The position numbers and the translations under genes were made by a program. DNA of 64,000 nucleotides, taken from sequence record SRR31156797_707. One strand, given 5' to 3'. Shown here in pieces: positions 47,279 through 57,381 of the stretch; positions within the stretch are counted from its first letter, which is position 1, and each line of letters opens with the position of its first letter. A model generated the notes under the pieces. That model saw only the letters and a list, made by a program, of their open reading frames with translations, did no database searches and was not told the origin of the DNA.

Positions 47279-47686
47279 TCAAACGACAGTGAATCTCCAG
47301 AGGAGCTGCCTGATACGTTCGCAGAATTGTCTGTCATAGCCGTGATGGCTAGTCATATGGCTGAGCTTATTCAGCCTATACCTTATATAATCTTTAAAAC
47401 TGCATCTGTTTTCTTTGAGGAACCAGTTTTTCTGGTCTTTGAACATGCCTGATGTCGCCATAAGAGGTAGGGTCACGATGATAAAGTAGATGTAATCCAT
47501 CTCTCTGTTTGAGATGTCATCATCCGTTGCCATATCAACAAGCATATCCATCGCTTTCTCTGGGAGGGCTTCCGGGAAATCATAGACCCTGTCGAGGATC
47601 TGCTCATCCGGAGCAGCGTAAGCGATATCATCCTGATAATCACCGCTTATCTGAAAATGCTCTCCATTAACTGCAATTGATGCCAT
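47279..47686 (-). CDS. hypothetical protein
   Basis: AAGGAG RBS, sigma54-like promoter upstream, terminator-like hairpin near 47175-47205. Confidence 0.6.
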   Translation of the reverse strand: MASIAVNGEHFQISGDYQDDIAYAAPDEQILDRVYDFPEALPEKAMDMLVDMATDDDISNREMDYIYFIIVTLPLMATSGMFKDQKNWFLKENRCSFKDYIRYRLNKLSHMTSHHGYDRQFCERIRQLLWRFTVV

Positions 47687-47718
47687 GTTATGCTCCTTTT
47701 CTCTCTCGCTTAGTATAT

Positions 47719-47734
47719 AACAATTGGCGTGCCA
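47719..47734 (-). promoter_or_regulatory. sigma54-type -24/-12 promoter (variant -12 GT)
   Basis: TGGCACGCCAATTGTT. Confidence 0.5.
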
Positions 47735-47822
47735 GTTTTTTATGGAAAGATTTTCCAGATTTTATATAGTTTTCATGTAAATTGATCAAAAGAGCGTGGA
47801 AGAATTTTCCGAAGTGGGCAAA

Positions 47823-48008
47823 TTATGCATCTGACGGGAGCTTTTTATCGAGCATATCCTGCATACTGGTAATGATCATGTTAAGGCGATACCTCTGGGC
47901 ATCCATATCAGGTCCGTGCTTTTTCAGTCTTTCCAGAACCTTGCGCAGTTCGCTAACCCTTTCAGAAATATGTTCACGTGAGCTGTAGAAAGTTATGTCC
48001 GGTTTCAT
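47823..48008 (-). CDS. small hypothetical protein
   Basis: GAGG RBS before MKPDIT; helical. Confidence 0.5.
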   Translation of the reverse strand: MKPDITFYSSREHISERVSELRKVLERLKKHGPDMDAQRYRLNMIITSMQDMLDKKLPSDA

Positions 48009-48130
48009 AATGCACCTCATACGCTATATATGAGCAAAGTCTGTACCAGACAGCGGAGACTTCTCCACTGCCTGATATAGTATTATTCGGACACTTGATT
48101 AAATACTTAAATAAATCAAATAGAATAAAT

Positions 48131-48424
48131 TTATAGCTTAGCCATAACAGAGTCAACTTTCTTCTTTAGTCCGCCCTCTCTGTCTCTGCGGTAGTCTATT
48201 TTAATAGAGATAGATAGCCTGTTGCATTCCTCAAGCACCTCAGCCGCCTTATTTATAACACCGAGCACATCCTCAAGCTTTTCACCTTCGACAACAGTAC
48301 CCATAGGTGTGAGCTGCCATTCGAGACCGCTCTCTTTGATAATTTTCACCGCTCTTGAAACATACTGGGAAACAGACTCACTCTCCCCCAGAGGAGTTAT
48401 TGAAACAAATGCCATTGCACTCAT
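48131..48424 (-). CDS. MTH1187/YkoF family thiamine-binding protein
   Basis: S-x-x-PLG...SVS-x-YV, SGL-x-x-x-LTPMGT-x-x-EG, KIDYR. Confidence 0.88.
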   Translation of the reverse strand: MSAMAFVSITPLGESESVSQYVSRAVKIIKESGLEWQLTPMGTVVEGEKLEDVLGVINKAAEVLEECNRLSISIKIDYRRDREGGLKKKVDSVMAKL

Positions 48425-48502
48425 AAATCACCTCAATAAAATCGTTTTCATAAGATATCTGATAGTATAAGATGGGCATCTACAAACTCAAGGGAATAAA
48501 TA

Positions 48503-49393
48503 ATGCTAGAAAGAAAAAATATCACAATAAACTATTTCAGACTCGAAGCCGCAGAGGAAGTTTTCTATCACGACCTCGACGACAGGCTCACCACACTTGC
48601 CGAAGGCGGAATGGACTACGGATTTTTCGACGGTCGTTCCAGAGAATTAATGTTCAAAATCTTCGAACCTATCGAACTTCAGGACAGAAAGCTCCATTTC
48701 GTAAGCCTTATCAAAGAGAAACAGTTCCTGCCTGTATGGTTTAACAGAGAGGGAGAAGTGTCAGAAGCACCACTCGAAGGCGGCATGCTCGGCGACATAA
48801 GCTACGCACTCATCGACCCTATGAAGCAGTGCATAGTGATGTTCTCCGGCGGATTTGGTCCTGGAGCATCAGGTTTCGCTGACTTCGCACGCTGGCTAAC
48901 AGACGACCAGTCAGCAGGCGCCAGCCCTATATTCATCAATGATGCATACGATCAGGTCAGCCAGTGGGAAGTTTACCGCAAGCTGAACATATCTGTAGAG
49001 GCTCCGGCAGTGGATTTCGTAGATTCTGTTCTCACAAGCGAATACGGAAGCAACTTTGAGATGCTCGACACGCTGAAAGGACTCAAAATAGACCTGGCAG
49101 TCTCTATGGGACACGGTAAAGGTTCACTCGATAAAGACCTTGTGCGTAAATTCATGCAGAAGGTTCTGGAAGAGAATTTCGCAGGAAAACTGAAAATATC
49201 CGGTAAGAATTTTGACGAGCAATCAACGGAAGAACACGATCTTTACAGCGCAAAGCTTAAACATAAGACAGAGATAGCAGTTTCAGGGATGCACGTTTCA
49301 CCTGATGAGGCGAAGGCATCACTTTTTGAAGCTTATCAGGTTGGACTTGAGCATATTGATGCTTCTATAGTTGACGATTTCGGCGACGAATAA
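48503..49393 (+). CDS. hypothetical protein (possibly DUF6731-like)
   Basis: 296-aa ORF with normal composition; family call is tentative. Confidence 0.6.
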   Translation: MLERKNITINYFRLEAAEEVFYHDLDDRLTTLAEGGMDYGFFDGRSRELMFKIFEPIELQDRKLHFVSLIKEKQFLPVWFNREGEVSEAPLEGGMLGDISYALIDPMKQCIVMFSGGFGPGASGFADFARWLTDDQSAGASPIFINDAYDQVSQWEVYRKLNISVEAPAVDFVDSVLTSEYGSNFEMLDTLKGLKIDLAVSMGHGKGSLDKDLVRKFMQKVLEENFAGKLKISGKNFDEQSTEEHDLYSAKLKHKTEIAVSGMHVSPDEAKASLFEAYQVGLEHIDASIVDDFGDE

Positions 49394-50655
49394 CGTAAAA
49401 TATCTTCAAAAGCGTAAATTAGATTGCTGATGTTCTCTTCACCGAGGGCATCAGCATAAACGACCGGCGACTCACAGTAACCGTTATAAGAATCAGCGTA
49501 TAACCCCGCAAGAAAACCTATCACCCCGCTCTCATTAGCTTCCGGTTTATTTTTAAATGACAACTTCAGCTCTTCAAAAGTATTGCAATACTTAACTGTA
49601 GGCAGGTCATTAAAAAACATCTTGCTGAACGTATATGCGGGCACGCCTAAAAGACCGGCCTCAAAGCAGGCAGTACCGCTGACGGAAACCACAGCCTCAG
49701 CACTTCTGATCAGCTCAAGACTATCTCCTCTAACCATGACCACACCCGCAATATCAGAAACATCAACCCTATTCTTTCTCTTCGGATGTTCCTTTACCGC
49801 AAGCTTAACCCCATACGGAAGGCACTTTGCAACGTTTTTCACAAATTCATACTGATTATTGTAAAACTCACCAAGCACATCTAATGACGATTCAGGCTGA
49901 ACGTGTAGCGGCAGGTATATATACCTTTCAGGTGTCGGTTGTGTAGAAATCGGCTTGATACTTTTCAGCTTATCTTTCACAAGAGTTAAAAACGGCGGAA
50001 CAGTCATATCATTTACATCACCAACCAGATACCTCTTGATGTGATGAAAAACCGAGTGCCTAAGATTTCGTACAGGCTTATCCATATAAAACGGTCTATT
50101 ACTACCATTGTGAAACCTATTCAGTAACTCTCGTCCGGCGGCTATATCCGGTATATTTGACGTATTTACAATATGCTCCTGAGTAACACCATCGAAAAAT
50201 GCAAATCTCTCAGAAGTATATCGAACCGTAGCTGGCACTAAATACTTAGCCCCAAGCATACGGCACACAGAAGCTGCAACCAGCCCATGCGCCCAGGTAG
50301 CTTCACCGAAAACTATATCTATATTGTTATCATTGATAAGATTAAAAACTTTAGAGAACACATTTGAAATATATCCCAAAGCGAATAACTCAGATTTTGT
50401 AGAAAGTATTCTGTCAGATGCGATAATGCCCCTAATAGTCATTTCAGAGTGTTCCTCAATGGCTGATAAAGCTGTGTTATCAACTTCTGCTGCACCTGAT
50501 ATATCCACCACATTAGAGTAAGGCGCAAGGGTATTACGCATCCCATGTGAACCTGTGGCTATCCAGAAAACCTCATGACCGGATGCTATAAGATGATCAG
50601 CAATACGGCAGAAAACCGCATTACGAAGATTATCGCCAACAAAGACAATATTCAT
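49336..50655 (-). CDS. capsule polysaccharide biosynthesis protein (KpsS-like)
   Basis: YLPLHVQPES, VKEHP, SGT-x-x-FEA motifs. Confidence 0.75.
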   Translation of the reverse strand: MNIVFVGDNLRNAVFCRIADHLIASGHEVFWIATGSHGMRNTLAPYSNVVDISGAAEVDNTALSAIEEHSEMTIRGIIASDRILSTKSELFALGYISNVFSKVFNLINDNNIDIVFGEATWAHGLVAASVCRMLGAKYLVPATVRYTSERFAFFDGVTQEHIVNTSNIPDIAAGRELLNRFHNGSNRPFYMDKPVRNLRHSVFHHIKRYLVGDVNDMTVPPFLTLVKDKLKSIKPISTQPTPERYIYLPLHVQPESSLDVLGEFYNNQYEFVKNVAKCLPYGVKLAVKEHPKRKNRVDVSDIAGVVMVRGDSLELIRSAEAVVSVSGTACFEAGLLGVPAYTFSKMFFNDLPTVKYCNTFEELKLSFKNKPEANESGVIGFLAGLYADSYNGYCESPVVYADALGEENISNLIYAFEDILRYSSPKSSTIEASICSSPT

Positions 50656-50681
50656 AAACTATTTAACTGTCAGGAGATAAT

Positions 50682-51074
50682 TTAGAGTCCGACGTTAGCT
50701 GTGACTATATCGCACAGATTTTCGGCAGCGTCCTCAACCTGCTTTTCATCAGGACGGGGCGGAACGGCGACAACAAAAACGCTGAAACCGAGCACGTTAT
50801 TAATATACATTTTAACATCCTGAATTTTAGGGAACGCTTTAACTCCTTCTCCGAAAGAAGGTATAATAAGCATATCATAAGCTCTATGCTTAGCCAGTTC
50901 TTCGACTTCCTGCACACTCTTCTGGATTATGCCGGATGAAAAGAGGACTTTGATATCGTCCTTTTTAAGAACTCTGCTACCCTTCTTCAGCCCCAGCTTC
51001 TCTTTGGCACGCTTAATAACCTTGTCAGCCGCGCAGCCGTTTTCCACTGAAACTAATACAGTCATTTTTCTCAT
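50682..51074 (-). CDS. hypothetical protein
   Basis: GGAG RBS before MRKMTV. Confidence 0.55.
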   Translation of the reverse strand: MRKMTVLVSVENGCAADKVIKRAKEKLGLKKGSRVLKKDDIKVLFSSGIIQKSVQEVEELAKHRAYDMLIIPSFGEGVKAFPKIQDVKMYINNVLGFSVFVVAVPPRPDEKQVEDAAENLCDIVTANVGL

Positions 51075-51177
51075 TGCTAAACTCCATATAAATGACTTCG
51101 AAGAAGAATATATCCCCAAAGATAATGTTAATGATATCTACGTTTTGTGTTTAAAGACTGTAATAAGAGAGACGAAC

Positions 51178-53064
51178 CTAGTTCATCTTCATCGTTTTAA
51201 GCGAGTTGCCAAGATACTTTGTGATGAACTGAAGTGATGTCTTTAAACGCTCCTGATTGTACAGAGAGAGCTGTGAAGGGTCAATATTTTTATCAGGCGC
51301 TTTACCAATTTCCACCTTCGCTATCTGCTCTTTAAGCAGGATATCGACTATAGTCTCATAAGCACTTAAGAAATCCGAGACTGTCTCAGCAGCCAGCACC
51401 TTCTTACGCTCAAGATGGCGTGCACGCTCAAGAGTATTAAGGTCGTTAAGCCCTGTCTTCAGCACGTAAGCACGGGTTACATCAACAAGGAATGTAAGCG
51501 CAGATGTTTTAAGGTTGATCGTTCCTTTCTTGTCACCCTTCTTCTCAAGGGCGATATTCCCAAACATCGTCGTAGGCTGCTTTGTATTCGCATCCTTTTC
51601 AAGCATCTGGATAAGGAACACAGGTCGCTGGGGTACGTTTATAGATATAAACTCTTTGATATCCCAGACAAGCTTCTCGTCACCCTCAAATCTATCCATA
51701 TCAAAAAAAACAGCAGACCACAAAAGCCCCTCAGAACCGGGGTTGTTTATCCAGCCGGCGATGGTTTTCTTCCACTCTCTGAGTGTCTTAACCATTTCAG
51801 GATTTGACGCCATAATGTTACCTTTGCACTTCTCATATCCCACATAAGCGAGATTATCAGCGAAAACCTCACCAAAACGGATAAACTGCATCTTATCCTC
51901 TTCCGTAGCTCCGTCCTCAAGGATAAAAGCGTTATCCTGATCAGGGTCTAGCATCATCTCTTTGCGACCGCCGCTACCCATAATGATCATAGAATTCGTC
52001 ACCCTGTTCATCGTCTCAAGTATGTCACCGCTAACCTCTTTCAAGGTGAGTTCGTAAACCTTCTTCTGAATATTGATATGAACAGAGGAGATAACAGGCA
52101 GGATCGTACTCGTGAGCCTGGAATTCGCCACAAGAGTTTTTGCTATATCGAATATATTTTTATGCGCACCCCTGAGCTGCTCCAGAGTCGTCATACCATT
52201 TATATGAGAGTTATAGACATTGCTATTCTGAAAGATTATATTCATCAGGTCTTTATTGGATATAAGTCCGACAGGGATATCAGACTTAACAACAATGGCG
52301 TAGTCCTCACCCTTATGCTGGAGCTCAGCTATCGCCTCAACAATAGGGAACTCAGGCGGCATAGCGACAGGATTAGTGTTCATATAACCTGAAACATCCG
52401 TAGGCAGGCTATCTCTGTCCGGGTTTGCCATATATTTATGAACCAACTGCTTCGACGTTAAGATACCGGCAAGTTTACCCTCGCCGTTTGTGACAACCAG
52501 CGAGCCAATCTTATGCTCCGCCATTATTTTAGATGCACTAAATATGCTCTCTGCCACATCTATTGTGAAAACCGGGGTGGTCATACAACCGCCCACAGAC
52601 TTATATGTATTCTCAGTAACTGTCGCAGTTGAACTCCCAGAAACTTTAGAAAGCCGCTCAACAGTCATCTTATTATATTTTTCACGGAAATCTTCAAACT
52701 CTTCCATAAATTTATATATGCAGAGCTCCGGCATGAAAACCAGCTCACTATCCTCTTCCGCTTTCGAGGTTACATAGTAAGATGCTTTCCCTAGAAATGT
52801 TGTCAGTCCAAGCAGGTCGCCGTAAACCATTTCGAGACTGCTGCCGTTTTCGGTATACAGCTCGACCTTACCACCTAGAATTATATAGACACCTCTATGG
52901 TAAGACTCTCCCCTTTTGAAAAGGAACTCATCTTTATCGAGAGAGACGAGCTGCCCTTTGCTAATCATGGTGTTCAGCCTTTCAGGTGAGACATGATTAA
53001 ACAGATAGAGAGATTGAAGCTGTTGTAAAATATCGGAGCCTTCAGGTATATCTTTAAACTTCAT
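51178..53064 (-). CDS. cNMP-binding / CBS / DUF294 putative nucleotidyltransferase
   Basis: cNMP domain, CBS pair, MGSGGRKE-x-x-x-x-x-DQDN, C-x-GNIMASNP, INLK. Confidence 0.9.
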   Translation of the reverse strand: MKFKDIPEGSDILQQLQSLYLFNHVSPERLNTMISKGQLVSLDKDEFLFKRGESYHRGVYIILGGKVELYTENGSSLEMVYGDLLGLTTFLGKASYYVTSKAEEDSELVFMPELCIYKFMEEFEDFREKYNKMTVERLSKVSGSSTATVTENTYKSVGGCMTTPVFTIDVAESIFSASKIMAEHKIGSLVVTNGEGKLAGILTSKQLVHKYMANPDRDSLPTDVSGYMNTNPVAMPPEFPIVEAIAELQHKGEDYAIVVKSDIPVGLISNKDLMNIIFQNSNVYNSHINGMTTLEQLRGAHKNIFDIAKTLVANSRLTSTILPVISSVHINIQKKVYELTLKEVSGDILETMNRVTNSMIIMGSGGRKEMMLDPDQDNAFILEDGATEEDKMQFIRFGEVFADNLAYVGYEKCKGNIMASNPEMVKTLREWKKTIAGWINNPGSEGLLWSAVFFDMDRFEGDEKLVWDIKEFISINVPQRPVFLIQMLEKDANTKQPTTMFGNIALEKKGDKKGTINLKTSALTFLVDVTRAYVLKTGLNDLNTLERARHLERKKVLAAETVSDFLSAYETIVDILLKEQIAKVEIGKAPDKNIDPSQLSLYNQERLKTSLQFITKYLGNSLKTMKMN

Positions 53065-53134
53065 ATTAGCGTTTAACCTCTAATCAAAATTTGCACAATT
53101 AATTCATTTTAAAAACATGTTATAAATAACGAAT

Positions 53135-53151
53135 ACTGTATACAATGTACA
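53135..53151. promoter_or_regulatory. ACTGTATACAATGTACA operator candidate
   Basis: 15/17 match to 42976-42992; in the DUF294/actP divergent region. Confidence 0.5.
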
Positions 53152-53538
53152 AAACCTGCCAGTAAAATCACCCTCTTGAACCCTCTATATTAAAATACCA
53201 AATAATTTTTCAAATGTAAATTTATTCTTAATATTCAGGTGTTTATTTGTTTAAATATTTAATTTTTGATGGAACACCTCTGTTAAAATTGACTCAATAG
53301 TTAACCGCTAAAATGTTTATCAATAATAAAATTGTTTTTATTAGAGAATACACCATAAACTACTAATAATTAAAAAAAACGAAAAAACTTCTTGACACTC
53401 ACGAAAGATGATGCGATTAATGTCGCATTAAAAGAGAAAGATGTTTTAAAATACAGTCAACAAAGTTAACAACTAATGTTTATTCCCTGTTGACAGTATT
53501 TGTTTTTCTTAATTGTTAAAACTCATAAGGAGGCACAA

Positions 53539-53823
53539 ATGCAGGATGTATTGAATTCTGAGAGATTTAAAAATCTCATCAAAAGACGTTGGACGTTCAG
53601 TTTTTCTATGCTAATGGTTCTTTTCGCTATTTATTTTGGCTATGTTTTTACTATTGCACTGAACAAAGATCTAATCGCACAAAAAGTTGGTGAATACACC
53701 ACAGTAGGTATCTATATGACAGTTGGTGTTATCATAGCTGCCTGGTTACTCACGGTTATCTACGTTGTCTGGGCTAACAAAGTTTACGACCCGGAAGTAG
53801 AAGAACTCAAGAAGATGCTGTAA
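53539..53823 (+). CDS. DUF485 (YjcH-like) inner membrane protein
   Basis: F-x-x-L-x-x-RR, two TM, YV-x-WAN-x-x-YD; AGGAGG RBS. Confidence 0.88.
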   Translation: MQDVLNSERFKNLIKRRWTFSFSMLMVLFAIYFGYVFTIALNKDLIAQKVGEYTTVGIYMTVGVIIAAWLLTVIYVVWANKVYDPEVEELKKML

Positions 53824-53837
53824 GGGGGTATTGACTA

Positions 53838-55394
53838 ATGGATATTAAATTTGGAGAACCTAACGCGGTCGCAATCGGCTGCTTTGTCGTTGTTGTACTG
53901 CTCACATTTGCAGTAACATGGTTTGTTTCAAGAAAACAGCAGCAGTCTGCTGGTAGCTACTACACTGGTGGTGGTGGAATCACTGGTTTCCAGAACGGTC
54001 TTGCACTGGCTGGTGACTATATGTCCGCAGCATCCTTCCTCGGAATTTCCGGTATGGTTGCTCTTAAAGGATTCGACGGTATGATCTATGCTGTTGGTTG
54101 GCTTGTTGGTTGGCCTGCACTTATGTTCCTTATCGCAGAGCCACTTCGTAACCTCGGTAAATATTCTTTTGCTGACGTTGTTGCTTCAAGACTTAAAGAT
54201 GGTCCTATCAGAACTGCATCCGCTATTACAGGCCTTATGGTTGTAATTTCTTATACTATCGCACAGATGGTTGGTTCTGGTAAACTCATCGAGCTCATGT
54301 TCGGTATCCCTTATGAGCTTGCAGAAATCATCGTTGGTACCGTTATGCTTACATACGTTATCTTCGGTGGAATGCTTGCTACTACATGGGTACAGATCAT
54401 CAAAGCTTGTCTTCTTCTTTTCGGTGTTACAGTGCTTGTACTTCTCGCACTCTCACACTTCGACTTTAGTGTAAACAACCTTTACGGTCAGGTTTACAAT
54501 AATATTGGACCAGAAATGTTTGAGCCAGGCGGACTTATCAAAGGACCTGTAGAGGCATTCTCACTCGGTCTTGCTCTTATGCTTGGTCTTCTCGGTCTTC
54601 CACACATCCTTATGCGCTTCTTCACAGTGCCGGATGCTAAGGAAGCGAGAAAGTCTGTTGTTTACGCTACAACATTCATCGGTTACTTCTACCTCGTAAT
54701 TCCTATCGTAGGATTCGCAGCTGTTGTACTTCTTGGAAAAGATGCAATCATGGCTGTTGGTTCAGGTGGTAACATGGCTGCTCCTATGCTTTCCGCATTT
54801 GTTGGTGGTACACCTTTCCTCGGATTCATCTCCGCTGTTGCTTTCGCTACAATCCTTGCGGTTGTTGCCGGTCTTGCTCTTGCTGCTTCCGCTGCACTTG
54901 CTAACGACCTTTACATCAGCGCACTGAAAAAGGGGCAGGCTACTGACAATGAGAAGCTTAAGGCTGCCAGAATCGCTACTATGATCTACGGTGTTATCGC
55001 TGTTGGTCTTGGTATCCTTTTCAAAGGTCAGAACGTTGCTTTCCTTGTTGCTCTTGCATTCTCTATTGCTGCAAGTTCTAACTTCCCTGCTCTCTTCCTC
55101 TCTATCGTTTGGAAGAAACTCAGCACAACTGGTGCGGTTATGGGTATCCTCTTCGGTGGTATATCGGCGTTGGTACTTATCATCCTTTCACCTACTGTAT
55201 GGGTAACACTCATGGGTAACGAAGCAGCTATCTTCCCTTACAAGTTCCCTACAGTAATATCTCTTCCACTTGCATTCTTTGGTGCTTGGTTAGGTTCCGT
55301 AATGGTTCCGGACGTAGCAGCTCAGGAGAAGTTCGAAGAGCAGAAGATCCGTACTTACCTCGGTGTAGGTGCTGACGAAGCTTCTGATCACTAG
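53838..55394 (+). CDS. actP: cation/acetate symporter (SSS family)
   Basis: GFQNGLALAGDYMSAASFLG, ATTWVQIIKA, GLPHILMRFFTVP, AVAFATILAVVAGL. Confidence 0.92.
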   Translation: MDIKFGEPNAVAIGCFVVVVLLTFAVTWFVSRKQQQSAGSYYTGGGGITGFQNGLALAGDYMSAASFLGISGMVALKGFDGMIYAVGWLVGWPALMFLIAEPLRNLGKYSFADVVASRLKDGPIRTASAITGLMVVISYTIAQMVGSGKLIELMFGIPYELAEIIVGTVMLTYVIFGGMLATTWVQIIKACLLLFGVTVLVLLALSHFDFSVNNLYGQVYNNIGPEMFEPGGLIKGPVEAFSLGLALMLGLLGLPHILMRFFTVPDAKEARKSVVYATTFIGYFYLVIPIVGFAAVVLLGKDAIMAVGSGGNMAAPMLSAFVGGTPFLGFISAVAFATILAVVAGLALAASAALANDLYISALKKGQATDNEKLKAARIATMIYGVIAVGLGILFKGQNVAFLVALAFSIAASSNFPALFLSIVWKKLSTTGAVMGILFGGISALVLIILSPTVWVTLMGNEAAIFPYKFPTVISLPLAFFGAWLGSVMVPDVAAQEKFEEQKIRTYLGVGADEASDH

Positions 55395-55438
55395 GAACTT
55401 AAATTAACTCACTAAAGGTTTTTTTTAAAAGCCTTCAT

Positions 55439-55472
55439 GGGGATAGGGGTAATACTCTATCCCCTTTTTTTT
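55439..55472 (+). terminator. actP terminator
   Basis: GGGGATAGGG...CTCTATCCCC followed by a U tract. Confidence 0.8.
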
Positions 55473-55498
55473 GTCTTATATATATGTCACAATAGGCT

Positions 55499-56428
55499 AT
55501 GGAAACTATTATTAATGTTATTCTCGTATCGGGTAAAGCAGGCGTAGACATAGCACTTTACATTCTTCTCCCTGTAATGGTTGTCATGATGGGCTTCATG
55601 AAACTGTTCGAGGCGAAAGGGATTTTAGCATTCACTGCAAAAATCTTATCACCGCTGGTGCGACCTTTCGGGATCCCCGGGATAGGAATATTCGCTGCTC
55701 TCCAAATATCGCTCGTAAGCTTCGCCGCACCTATGGCGACATTTGCTATTATGGAGACAGATAACTCTGATAAGAGGAAAATGGCAACAGTATTTGCTAT
55801 GGTTCTCACCATGTCGCAAGCGAATGTGACCTTTCCTATGGCGGCAGTGGGGCTTAACCTGCCTGTTATTTTTGCAACCTCCATCATAGGCGGACTTATA
55901 GCAGCGACTCTGACATACTACTTCTTCGCTAAAAATCTAGGTGAAGATTCTCTCGTTGTGACATCCAATTTAGATACAGTAGATAATGACAATGCTTTAA
56001 ACACAGTTATCAAAGGCGGACAGGAAGCTGTTACTATTGTTCTCAAATCTATACCACTGCTGATTCTTGCCATATGTCTTGTTAATACCCTTAAAGAGAT
56101 TAACGCCATTACTTTCATAGAAGCGCTGTTATCACCTGTTTTAGGAGTATTCGGAATATCTGGAGTGAGCGTGCTGCCTATCGTTACTAAATTCCTCGCC
56201 GGAGGAACAGCTATGATGGGCGTAACATTTGACATGTTGAAGACAGGGATAATATCTGTGGATGAATTTAATAGAATCGCAGGATTTATTATCAACCCAT
56301 TCGATCTTGTCGGTATAGCTGTCCTCATGACAGCAGGGAGAAAGACAGCATCAGTAGCCAAACCAGCTATTTACGGCGCTATGATCGGTATCACAATCAG
56401 AGGCGTTCTGCACCTAATCATCTTCTGA
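55499..56428 (+). CDS. nucleoside recognition (Gate) domain membrane protein
   Basis: LP-x-MVVM...PFGIPG...VSFAAP; TK-x-LAGGTAMMG. Confidence 0.7.
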   Translation: METIINVILVSGKAGVDIALYILLPVMVVMMGFMKLFEAKGILAFTAKILSPLVRPFGIPGIGIFAALQISLVSFAAPMATFAIMETDNSDKRKMATVFAMVLTMSQANVTFPMAAVGLNLPVIFATSIIGGLIAATLTYYFFAKNLGEDSLVVTSNLDTVDNDNALNTVIKGGQEAVTIVLKSIPLLILAICLVNTLKEINAITFIEALLSPVLGVFGISGVSVLPIVTKFLAGGTAMMGVTFDMLKTGIISVDEFNRIAGFIINPFDLVGIAVLMTAGRKTASVAKPAIYGAMIGITIRGVLHLIIF

Positions 56429-57269
56429 TTAATGCCATAGCTGAAAGCACCATAGCAAGCCCGCCGAGATGCATAACAGTAAGCTTCTCACCGAGGAAAA
56501 CACTGCTTAACAGAACCGCACTGACAGGCATCACAGCTGTATAAACTGAAGCGTAAGCTCCGCTGACCTTACTGATACCTTTAAACCATAAGATGTAAGC
56601 AACCGCCGTAATAAATATTCCGTAATAAATTATCAGCAGATATCCCCTTACACTTATATCGTAAACAATCTCTCGTTCGCGAATCGCAAATAAAGTGAAA
56701 TATATAAAACCGTATAAAGAGACGTATAGCGACAACACCAACGATGACAAATCCTCTGGCAGTTTCTTACGAAGCAGAAGAAAACCAGCCTCACAAACAA
56801 CAGCCGCCAAAACCAACAGACTCCCTTTAATTGTTGCAGAAAAATCACCGGATTCCGCATTAATAAGCATAACTCCCGAAGCGGCTACAATAACCGCTAA
56901 TACACGAGATAAAGTAAGCCTTTCGCCGGTTATAACAACTGAAAGAATTAGAACTACCACAGGCAAAGTACCAGTGATGATTCCTGATGCCGATGCAGAA
57001 AGCGTTTTAAGCCCCTCAAGTAGAAACAGAGTGAACAGAACCGAGCCCAGCAAGGACTGCACTGCAATCAACCCATGTGTACTTAAGCTCAACCCTCTTA
57101 AGGAAAGCCCCTTATACCTTACAAAAAGAAACATAAACAAAGTTCCTATCAAAAATCTGATCGCCATGGAGTAGTAAATAGGCAGGTCTTTTACGACAAC
57201 TTTCCCCGCTGGAACAGAGCTTCCTACTATAACCATCGCCCCGATAAGGCATAAGTGATAAAACATCAA
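56418..57269 (-). CDS. DMT/EamA family transporter
   Basis: Ten TM in two EamA repeats; GER/GEK motifs. Confidence 0.9.
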   Translation of the reverse strand: MMFYHLCLIGAMVIVGSSVPAGKVVVKDLPIYYSMAIRFLIGTLFMFLFVRYKGLSLRGLSLSTHGLIAVQSLLGSVLFTLFLLEGLKTLSASASGIITGTLPVVVLILSVVITGERLTLSRVLAVIVAASGVMLINAESGDFSATIKGSLLVLAAVVCEAGFLLLRKKLPEDLSSLVLSLYVSLYGFIYFTLFAIREREIVYDISVRGYLLIIYYGIFITAVAYILWFKGISKVSGAYASVYTAVMPVSAVLLSSVFLGEKLTVMHLGGLAMVLSAMALIRR

Positions 57270-57381
57270 ACCACCTCTCTGGCTGTGATTATCTCAATTT
57301 TTGCGGTTAATTATAGAATGATGTTGCTAAACCTCCCCTAATAGTGCTTACTATTTTCATAATTATCTTAACGAGGGCAGG

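Noticed and set aside
47150-47452. 100-aa plus-strand ORF or frameshifted extension of the 47686 gene
   Set aside because: Antisense across a terminator-like hairpin; the alternative minus frame contains stops.
48503-49393. possible anti-phage defence gene
   Set aside because: No catalytic motif or partner gene recognisable; needs an HMM search.
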